A stretch of 53,782 nt of DNA, taken from assembly GCA_021818875.1 (NCBI GenBank), contig JAKASW010000001.1:1-53782 (forward strand). The letters run 5' to 3'. Positions 31,370 to 39,205 of this stretch are shown piece by piece. Each line of letters begins with the position of its first letter. Position 1 is the stretch's first letter. Below the pieces are notes generated by a model. The model did not search any database, was not told the origin of the DNA, and was given only the letters and a program-made list of their open reading frames with translations. The DNA is from Bacteroidota bacterium. GTDB taxonomy: Bacteria > Bacteroidota > Ignavibacteria > Kryptoniales > JAKASW01. The position numbers and the translations under genes were made by a program.

Positions 31370-31479
31370 ATGGTCAATCACCCGTGCGGGGGTCAACGAG
31401 CAGTCTTCTTGACTCTCAAAAGGCTTCAAATTGTGGACGTTTTAGTTGGATCAAGAAACCATAAATAAGGAGAAGTAAA

Positions 31480-33351
31480 ATGAGACATTTTTTGTGGTTG
31501 CTGCTTATCGCGGCAGTTATGATACCGGCGTCGCTGTCTGCCCAGACAGACACCCTGGTAGTAACCAGCGACCTGACCACCAGCACCGAAGGGAATCTCA
31601 ACAATGCGATTGGCAACATCATCCTGTCGGATTCGCTGAATCATACCAACAACTTATCGAATACCGTCTTCATGTTACAACCGAACGGCTATTACATCCT
31701 TACTGGTACGATTACGACGCCTCCGCACTCGCATCTTTACCTGTATGGCCCGACCCCCGGTGGTACGCAGGGTGAATCTTTGCCGCAGATAGCATGGAGC
31801 AGTAGCGGCGGTGTAAGTACTACTTATAGTTTCGACTGCTACGGCGATCTTACGATGAAGAATGTTTGGGTTCTATCAGCGACTTCGATCGGATCGCAGG
31901 TCGGGTCGAGCATCGTGCTTGAGGACGATTCTCTTGCAAACCTGAGCGGAAAAGGCGAGCATCTCGATATGGACGGGTGCATAATAGATTACAACAACAT
32001 CGGTAACGGCGGAGGGGCAATTGAGCCGTCTTGCAGACATTTCCGCGGAAATATCACCAATACTTATTTCCGTAATTTGACGGATTCACACTACCGTTAT
32101 TATGGCAGACCGGTATCATGGACTTACCAGAGTACAACATGGCACACCGACTCGCTCATTTTTGAGAATTGCACGATAGCGAACGTGGGATATGGTTACA
32201 TGCAGGAAGCACCCGAGTATGCTGATTATGTGTCGTTCAATCACTGCACTCTTTTCAACACCATGATGTACACGCTGGAATCTTCTTACTGGTGGAATCT
32301 CTCAGTGACAAATTGCGTGTTTGCTAACTCCTATCTGTTTGGAGACCAGCCTTCCGCAGACGGCACCAACATGGTCCCTGTCGGAGGGATGGTAAACATC
32401 GATAGCGCTGCAACGGCCGGGTTTCCTGTGCCATTCACGGATTCGTCGACTGCCCCCGTTAATCTCCAACGTCATATTCTTTTTGCTAATGACAGTTACG
32501 GATACGAGAAATGGTACATCAATTACCTGGCCAGCAACCCTGTGAACGATACCGCCGGCGCGGCTAACAAGTTCAATGTAATGCCTGCAATGAGCGCAAA
32601 GACGTACCGTTTCTTTGGCGGAATCGATTCCTCGACAGGAAAGAAACTCTGGCCGTACATAAACGCGGTCAATCTTTATCCGCTCGATACGGCTACCACC
32701 ACTAACAATAATACCTCTTACGCTTCGTACACGGGCGGTGCCGATCCCGGTTTCATTCTTCCTCCATCTAACGCCGACAGTTTAAAAGCCTTCTTGATGG
32801 GGAGATGGGCAACGGGAGCAAATGTCAGCTGGGCATACGACCCGACATCTGACGTGCAGCAGATTTGGCCGATGAATGAAGATCTGTCTTACAGCAATTC
32901 CACATTGATGACCGCCGCCATGGGAGGTCTCCCGCTTGGCGATCTCTACCACTGGTGGGGAACACTTTCTGCGACAAACTACTATACGTCATGGCAAGCA
33001 CAGTCGGCCGCTGAGCGCGAGAAAATTGCTACATGGCTGAATACGGGAAATATTACGGCAGTCAAGGAACGGGGCGGTGTAATCCCGGCCGAGTACACAC
33101 TCTCTCAGAACTATCCGAATCCGTTCAATCCCGCAACTCAGATTGAGTATTCTGTACCGAAGAACGGTTTCGTCACGCTGAAAGTGTACAACATTCTCGG
33201 GCAGGAAGTGGCAACCCTCTTCTCGGGCATCCAGCACGCGGGAAGTTACACCGCGACATTTGACGGGAGCAGACTTGCAAGCGGAGTCTATTTCTACCGC
33301 CTGCAGGCTGGCAATGTTTCAATTGCAAAGAAGTTAGTGCTGATGAAATAA
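31480..33351 (+). CDS. Secreted protein of unknown function, probable right-handed parallel beta-helix, T9SS CTD; occupies the position where SusD would be
   Basis: Strong RBS (AAGGAG 8 nt upstream) and signal peptide MRHFLWLLLIAAVMIPASLSAQ. Repeated beta-helix-like turns: MKNVWVLSA, FRGNITNTYFRNL, FENCTIANVGYG, FNHCTLFNTMMY and VTNCVFANSYLF. The tail is QNYPNPFNPATQI...VYFYRLQAGNVSIAKKLVLMK. It has no lipobox and no TPR/SusD-like features. Confidence 0.6.
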   Translation: MRHFLWLLLIAAVMIPASLSAQTDTLVVTSDLTTSTEGNLNNAIGNIILSDSLNHTNNLSNTVFMLQPNGYYILTGTITTPPHSHLYLYGPTPGGTQGESLPQIAWSSSGGVSTTYSFDCYGDLTMKNVWVLSATSIGSQVGSSIVLEDDSLANLSGKGEHLDMDGCIIDYNNIGNGGGAIEPSCRHFRGNITNTYFRNLTDSHYRYYGRPVSWTYQSTTWHTDSLIFENCTIANVGYGYMQEAPEYADYVSFNHCTLFNTMMYTLESSYWWNLSVTNCVFANSYLFGDQPSADGTNMVPVGGMVNIDSAATAGFPVPFTDSSTAPVNLQRHILFANDSYGYEKWYINYLASNPVNDTAGAANKFNVMPAMSAKTYRFFGGIDSSTGKKLWPYINAVNLYPLDTATTTNNNTSYASYTGGADPGFILPPSNADSLKAFLMGRWATGANVSWAYDPTSDVQQIWPMNEDLSYSNSTLMTAAMGGLPLGDLYHWWGTLSATNYYTSWQAQSAAEREKIATWLNTGNITAVKERGGVIPAEYTLSQNYPNPFNPATQIEYSVPKNGFVTLKVYNILGQEVATLFSGIQHAGSYTATFDGSRLASGVYFYRLQAGNVSIAKKLVLMK

Positions 33352-33595
33352 ATCTTGAGTAACGGAGCGAGGTCATGGCTGCGCGCCGAAACTCACGTTG
33401 ATGAATTCCCGGCGTGAAGGCACTTGAACCTCGCCTGTTGTACCATCAAAGGAGGTGGTTGAGTTCATTATATGTAAGTCCGCTCAGGGTTCTGCTTTGT
33501 AGTTAAAACCTATGAAATAGTTAACGGAGTTTTTTCCTGGTTCATTCCAGTCTATACAGTAATTGCTCCGATTAACAAAAATCTTTGGAGGAATC

Positions 33596-36500
33596 ATGAA
33601 AACTTTTTTACGCTCACTCACGGCCGGAGTTTTCCTGCTCCTGCTGGGATTGAGTGCATCGATGGCACAGGAAGTGACGTATTCTCCAGGCCCGGCAATA
33701 ACCCCGTCGTCAGGTGCGGCAAACGGCGGCTTTGCATGGGCGGATGTGAATAAGGATGGTAATCTGGATGTCTTTATTCCGTCCAATAATATGATCTACA
33801 ACAGCACCACCTCATTTGCTCAGGATGCATCTGCCACTGTAAATATTTCGCTCAACACCAATTCAGTCGGGCTTTTGTTAGCCGATTTCAATGGTGATGG
33901 TGTCCCTGATTTGTTTACAACTAATGGCGGGACTCCTTCGTCAGGCTTGTTCTATAATCAAAACGGAGTATTTATTCCTCCAACCGGGACCGGTGATCTT
34001 GGGACGGCGGGAGTCACCGGCGAAGTATTCGAAGGCGCCGCGGCGGCACCGATCGATCACAGCAATTACCTTAGCATCTGCTGGCCCGGAACCTTTACAG
34101 GCATCGCAGGCAACGCGTCGGCGGCGGGCGGCGGAGGTATGTGGCTGCTTAAAGGAGGCCCGAACGGCTTTACTAACATAGGTAGGCGAGCAGGTGGAGG
34201 AGCATCCTCCTCAAACCTTACCATGGATTTTGAAAGCCAAAACGTTGGGTATGCCTTTCCGACTATCGGTTGGTCTGCGACGGACATTCAATCCACAGTT
34301 GCTTTGGATCCCACTGGTGGGACGAACCACGTTCTGAAAAATGTAGTACATAACTACAATGCAGCCCCAGTGCTCGAATTTACTTTGCCTTCTGGCAAGA
34401 CGCTGGCTGATTATACTTCGTTCATGTTCAAAGGTGACTGGGCCCAAGGAGATGTGGGTTATAAGAATATTGTCGTTGAGGCTTATCAGTCGATGCCGAC
34501 AGCTCAGGCATTTAATAATTCTGCCAATCAAATTGGCTCATGGAATCGCGCTGCTATGGGCTCCAACGGTTGGGAAATTGACACCGTTAACATTACCAAT
34601 ACCAGGAGCTACAGCGGGACTGTATTTATTGCCTTCGGAATAAACTGTGCAGGCACGGGCAACGTTGGGGCTGCCGGAGATACCACTATCTGGTATGCCG
34701 ACGATATCACTCTCGTATCCCCGACCGGAGGATCGATCTCCAGTGCTGCCATAGATACTTCGCTTTCGTTTGAATCCTGGGATGTGCGCTTCCTGGATGC
34801 GAATAATGACGGCTACCAGGATTTGTTGATGCCGAGTTTCCGATGTGGGTTTGCCAGAATTGACACCGGTTCGTCGGGTGCAAGAAAAGGAACCGTCCTG
34901 TTCTTGAACGATGGGACGGGCAAATTCATAATACCGACCGCAGCATCCCTCGGGCGCCCTATCTATTCGATTGGGGCAGGAGGTGCGGTGAGCACGACCG
35001 GAGATACGGGTATTGTCGTCGACGACACTGTGCGTCACTTCACCGCCATCGGCAGTCAGTGGGGGGATCTCAACAACGATGGTATCCCTGATCTATTCCT
35101 TAACGCGCTTGGTGGAACCGACAACCTCGACGGCAATGGGAATTACGTTGCCGATGTTATTCTTTATGGAAAGGGAGACGGTACCTTTACCTACAAGTGG
35201 GACGGAGTGCACGTCGTTGCCAACAATGGGATCGTGCAGGCTACTAACCAGCGCGGGATCGACATTGGAGACTACAACAATGACGGACTGGCGGATATAT
35301 ACACGAGCGGGACCTTTGGAGCCCAACACTTGTACAGAAACAACGGTGATGGTACATTCACTGATGTTGCGGTCCAGGACGGTATAACGGCAGGCGGGCA
35401 GCGAGCCGGACAATTCGTTGATTACAATGGCGACGGCTTCCTCGACATATTCATGTATACCGGTGGCACTTCTGTCATGCAGAAAAACGCCGGCAATAGC
35501 AACCATTGGATTGGGTTTATTCCAATCGGGACAGGCCATAATATGTCGGCAATTGGAGCTAAGTTCACCGTCTGGGTCGGAGGGAAGCAGCAGGCCCGCT
35601 GGATCAAGGCAGAAGGTGGTTCCGGAGGTATGGGTGGCGAAGTAAGAGCAAACTTCGGTCTAGGTGCCAGCACAAAGATCGACAGCGTGAATGTCCAGTG
35701 GCCCGATGGTACCAGTCATACGTATAGCTTTGGCGCGGCGAACAATCTAATCGCGGTTAACAAATACTATACGATCCAGGAAGGATCGGTCATACCATCG
35801 ACACCGACGATCAAAAGGCCATCGTGGGCAGCTGGCGACGTAGCTCTCTCCTCCACTGATACTTTGACATGGAACGCTGCTACGACGGGAGCGGGTACAA
35901 CTACTTACCAGGTCCAGATTGCTTCGAATGCTTCGTTCTCAAGTATAGCGAAGGCCGTAAAGGGAATAACCGGCACGAGCGCGATAGTGCGCCTCGGACT
36001 TTCCACAAAGTACTACTGGCGCGTGCAGGCCTTCAATAATCAGCTTTCTGGCCCATATTCGGCAATCGATAGCTTCCAGACCAACGTTACGCCGTGCACA
36101 ACAGCGCCGACGCAATTGAAACCAGTGAACAATTCGACAACTGCGCCCAACAAGCCTACGTTGGTGGTCAGCTACGTTCCTACCGCTTCAACGTACCATT
36201 TCCAACTTTCAGATACTGTAGCCATGACCAGGTTTATTGTGAATGATTCGTTGAGTGATTTCGATACGACTTGGGTGGTCACACAGTCTCTGACACCTAG
36301 CAAACAGTACTACTGGCGTGTTCGAGGCTACAATCCGGCCGGGTCATCAAGCTGGTCTCAGGTAGACTCATTTACTATAATGTATTTGCCTGCAACTCCG
36401 ACTCTGGCCTATCCGTCCAGCAACCAGGCAAACGTACCGGTTAATCCACTTACACTGAAGTGGAAGCATGAAGCCGGCGACAGCAACTATGTAGTAAAGC

Positions 36501-37291
36501 TGTGGACTTACTCTACCGGCGGGCAGACACTTATGGTGGACACCACGAGCCACGATACATCGTGGACGGTTACATCAGGCCTGACTAACCGCGTTTACTA
36601 CTACTGGCAGGTACAGTGCTACAACCAGGGCGGAGCGAGTGCATTCAGCGCTGTCGACTCGTTCACAAGCGTCATCGAAGTTGCTGCAGCGCCGATCGCA
36701 GTTTCGCCGAAGGGTGTTGCGGTCGCTCAGCCGAGGCAGACAGTCTTCGCATGGAATCCTGCAGTCAATGCACAGTGGTACCATCTGCAAATCGCTACGG
36801 CGAGCGACTTCTCGGGTGATGTGGTTGTCGACCAGACGATGATATCTGACACGTCAGTGCAGATAGCCGACACACTGGCACCAACTACGACTTACTATTA
36901 TCGCCTGAGCTCGATCAACCTGGGCGGTGAGGGCGCATTCTCAAGTCCAACCGTGTTCAAGACAGGATCTGGTGTGACCGGGATCTTCGGTGTGCCGGGT
37001 ACCCTTCCAAAGGAGTTTGCACTCCACCAGAACTACCCGAATCCGTTCAACCCTTCGACGACGATCAGCTATGATCTGCCGAAGGCCGCATTTGTAGAAG
37101 TCGTGATCTACGATGTTCTCGGACGGCAGGTCGCAAGGTTGGTGGATGGGATACAACAGCCCAGCACGCAAACTGTGGTCTGGAACCCTGAAGGCTTAAG
37201 CAGTGGCGTTTATTTCTGCCGCATCTCGGCACGAAGCATGGATGGGTCCAAGAACTTCAATGCTGTAAAGAAACTAATGTACATGAAATAA
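33596..37291 (+). CDS. Giant FG-GAP/VCBS-repeat + ASPIC/UnbV (CRTAC1-like) protein with CBM-like insertion, four Fn3-like modules and T9SS CTD
   Basis: From ORF 33563; the likely start is ATG 33596 (GGAGG RBS), giving signal peptide MKTFLRSLTAGVFLLLLGLSASMAQ. FG-GAP/VCBS repeats: DVNKDGNLDVF, DFNGDGVPDLF, DANNDGYQDLL, DLNNDGIPDLF, DYNNDGLADIY and DYNGDGFLDIF. The ASPIC/UnbV block is NHWIGFIPIGTGHNMSAIGAKFTVWVGGKQQARWIKAEGGSGGMGG...VNVQWPDGTSHTY. Four xYYWRVxxxN modules follow, then a CTD tail. Confidence 0.75.
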   Translation: MKTFLRSLTAGVFLLLLGLSASMAQEVTYSPGPAITPSSGAANGGFAWADVNKDGNLDVFIPSNNMIYNSTTSFAQDASATVNISLNTNSVGLLLADFNGDGVPDLFTTNGGTPSSGLFYNQNGVFIPPTGTGDLGTAGVTGEVFEGAAAAPIDHSNYLSICWPGTFTGIAGNASAAGGGGMWLLKGGPNGFTNIGRRAGGGASSSNLTMDFESQNVGYAFPTIGWSATDIQSTVALDPTGGTNHVLKNVVHNYNAAPVLEFTLPSGKTLADYTSFMFKGDWAQGDVGYKNIVVEAYQSMPTAQAFNNSANQIGSWNRAAMGSNGWEIDTVNITNTRSYSGTVFIAFGINCAGTGNVGAAGDTTIWYADDITLVSPTGGSISSAAIDTSLSFESWDVRFLDANNDGYQDLLMPSFRCGFARIDTGSSGARKGTVLFLNDGTGKFIIPTAASLGRPIYSIGAGGAVSTTGDTGIVVDDTVRHFTAIGSQWGDLNNDGIPDLFLNALGGTDNLDGNGNYVADVILYGKGDGTFTYKWDGVHVVANNGIVQATNQRGIDIGDYNNDGLADIYTSGTFGAQHLYRNNGDGTFTDVAVQDGITAGGQRAGQFVDYNGDGFLDIFMYTGGTSVMQKNAGNSNHWIGFIPIGTGHNMSAIGAKFTVWVGGKQQARWIKAEGGSGGMGGEVRANFGLGASTKIDSVNVQWPDGTSHTYSFGAANNLIAVNKYYTIQEGSVIPSTPTIKRPSWAAGDVALSSTDTLTWNAATTGAGTTTYQVQIASNASFSSIAKAVKGITGTSAIVRLGLSTKYYWRVQAFNNQLSGPYSAIDSFQTNVTPCTTAPTQLKPVNNSTTAPNKPTLVVSYVPTASTYHFQLSDTVAMTRFIVNDSLSDFDTTWVVTQSLTPSKQYYWRVRGYNPAGSSSWSQVDSFTIMYLPATPTLAYPSSNQANVPVNPLTLKWKHEAGDSNYVVKLWTYSTGGQTLMVDTTSHDTSWTVTSGLTNRVYYYWQVQCYNQGGASAFSAVDSFTSVIEVAAAPIAVSPKGVAVAQPRQTVFAWNPAVNAQWYHLQIATASDFSGDVVVDQTMISDTSVQIADTLAPTTTYYYRLSSINLGGEGAFSSPTVFKTGSGVTGIFGVPGTLPKEFALHQNYPNPFNPSTTISYDLPKAAFVEVVIYDVLGRQVARLVDGIQQPSTQTVVWNPEGLSSGVYFCRISARSMDGSKNFNAVKKLMYMK

Positions 37292-37301
37292 TAATTAGCC
37301 G

Positions 37302-37369
37302 GTAGGCGAAGTGACGCCACCTCGCCTACTCCTCTTGCCGAAGGAGATGGAGGGTAAGCCTTCATCTCC
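37302..37369 (+). terminator. Two consecutive hairpins in the 123-nt spacer after the FG-GAP gene
   Basis: The first hairpin pairs GTAGGCGA (37302..37309) with TCGCCTAC (37322..37329). The second pairs GGAGATG (37343..37349) with CATCTCC (37363..37369). There is no clear T-tract, so a terminator function is tentative. Confidence 0.4.
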
Positions 37370-37414
37370 CAGGCAAGTTCCACTAGAACCAAAGGGTGCT
37401 TAGGGTCAGCAAAA

Positions 37415-38974
37415 ATGAGAATTAAAATAATCCATACTCTGCTTCTACTGAGCTTTTGTCTCTGCAGTGTTTCACTAGCACAAAACTTTCCCCTTGTCTA
37501 TGATGTCGAAAACACAGGCGAAAACTGTCTGCAACCTCAGTTTCCTTCTCTCACCCAATTGCCGGTCAACAAGTCATTGCCCGATCCGTTCATGTGGGCT
37601 GACAGTGCGCTCGGACGTATCAAATATTACTCGGATTGGCAGGCACGGCGCGCCGAGATAGGTTATCAGATCCAACATTATGAGATCGGAGTAAAGCCAC
37701 CTCGGCCGGATACGATTTCTGCCAGCTATTCTCAAGACACACTGGTTGTCAATGTTACTGTGAATGGTAGCACTCTTACCATGAGGTCGCATATTACTCT
37801 ACCGTCAGGCACCGGCCCATTCCCGGCAGTGATCGGTATTATGACGCCTACCGGAAGTATCCCCGATAGCATTTTCAGCAATCGCCATATTGCAGAAATT
37901 ACGTATAACATCAATCAGGTAACCACTTACTACAACTTCCAATATACTGATCCATATTTCAGGCTTTACCCTAATCTTAATACAACCAACATCGGACAGT
38001 ACAGCGCATGGGCATGGGGAGTAAGCAGAATAATCGACGGGTTGGAACTGGTACAGGACTCGCTTCCCATCGACTTAAAGCACATAGCAGTTACCGGATG
38101 CTCCTACGCAGGCAAGTTGGCACTATTTGCTGGAGCGTTTGACGAACGCATTGCGCTAACAATTGCCCAGGAGTCGGGCGGCGGCGGTGCAACTTCGTGG
38201 CGTTACTCACATGCCACGGCCGGTACCGGCGTAGAGGAGATAGACAACACGAGTTATGATTGGTTTGCAGATTCGTTGAAGCAATTTGCCGGAGACGAAG
38301 TTTATCGACTGCCGTATGATCACCATGAATTGATGGCGATGGTGGCGCCGCGTGCTTTGTATGTCACCGCGAATCCCGATTATACTTGGCTGTCGAATCC
38401 CTCGTGTCACGTTGCGAGTATCGCTGCCCAGAGAGTTTATGAAGGTCTCCAGATACCGGATAGGTTCGGCTATTCAATTGTTGGTGGACATTCGCATTGT
38501 CAGCTTCCGGATGTCCAGGTGCCTGATATCCAGGCATTTGTTGAGAAGTTTCTTCTCGGTGACTCGACCCAATATACGTATCTTGGAACCAGTCCGTATA
38601 ATATCGACCTTACTCCATGGATTGTGTTGAAGAATCCTAAGCTTGCGGATACGACCACCACGTCCATAGGTGACAGACCCGGAAGTGTGATCAGCGGATT
38701 TAGACTTGAACAAAACTGTCCCAACCCCTTTAATCCGACGACGACGATCAGGTATGGTCTGTCCAAAAAATCCTACGTCCAGCTTTTCATCTACGATGTT
38801 CTTGGACGGCAGGTAGCGAAGCTGGTTGATGGTATTCAACACCCCAGCGAGCAGAGCGTTTCATGGGACGCGTCAGGCTTTAGCAGCGGTGTTTACTTCT
38901 GCCGGATTATTGCTCGCAGTCTCGATGGGTCGACAGATTTCAATGCTGTAAAAAAACTCCTGTACATGAAATAG
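37415..38974 (+). CDS. CE15 glucuronoyl esterase (second copy) with T9SS CTD
   Basis: It is collinear with 237..2372: LVYDVENTGEN, LPVNKSLPDPFMWAD, VTGCSYAGKLALFAGAFDERIALTIAQESGGGG and GGHSHCQLPD. It lacks Fn3 modules. The CTD is QNCPNPFNPTTTI...VYFCRIIARSLDGSTDFNAVKKLLYMK. Confidence 0.88.
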   Translation: MRIKIIHTLLLLSFCLCSVSLAQNFPLVYDVENTGENCLQPQFPSLTQLPVNKSLPDPFMWADSALGRIKYYSDWQARRAEIGYQIQHYEIGVKPPRPDTISASYSQDTLVVNVTVNGSTLTMRSHITLPSGTGPFPAVIGIMTPTGSIPDSIFSNRHIAEITYNINQVTTYYNFQYTDPYFRLYPNLNTTNIGQYSAWAWGVSRIIDGLELVQDSLPIDLKHIAVTGCSYAGKLALFAGAFDERIALTIAQESGGGGATSWRYSHATAGTGVEEIDNTSYDWFADSLKQFAGDEVYRLPYDHHELMAMVAPRALYVTANPDYTWLSNPSCHVASIAAQRVYEGLQIPDRFGYSIVGGHSHCQLPDVQVPDIQAFVEKFLLGDSTQYTYLGTSPYNIDLTPWIVLKNPKLADTTTTSIGDRPGSVISGFRLEQNCPNPFNPTTTIRYGLSKKSYVQLFIYDVLGRQVAKLVDGIQHPSEQSVSWDASGFSSGVYFCRIIARSLDGSTDFNAVKKLLYMK

Positions 38975-38995
38975 TTGTCACTTCTCCTTCTTGGT

Positions 38996-39040
38996 GCATC
39001 CCGATTTGGCATTTGGCCGACTCGGGATGCTTCTTCTTCC
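38996..39040 (+). terminator. Rho-independent terminator-like hairpin
   Basis: A perfect 9-bp stem pairs GCATCCCGA (38996..39004) with TCGGGATGC (39022..39030). It is followed by the T-rich TTCTTCTTCC. Confidence 0.6.
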
Positions 39041-39205
39041 CACGAATTCCTATGAGAGTGAGATCCATCTGTAACTTGAAGATTCTTTTACAACTCGTCA
39101 CTCAAAGAGATGGCGAACCGGATGCAAATGACAAGGCATCCATCGAATACGCCGCGAGCCACGATGCGCGTACCGCGAGTGTGCTTTACGACTAAGGAGA
39201 CTACC

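Noticed and set aside
31480-33351. SusD/RagB homologue downstream of the TonB-dependent receptor
   Set aside because: I looked for an N-terminal lipobox Cys and the helical/TPR-like character of SusD. Instead I found a type-I signal peptide, beta-helix-type turns and a T9SS tail. No other ORF in the window looks SusD-like.
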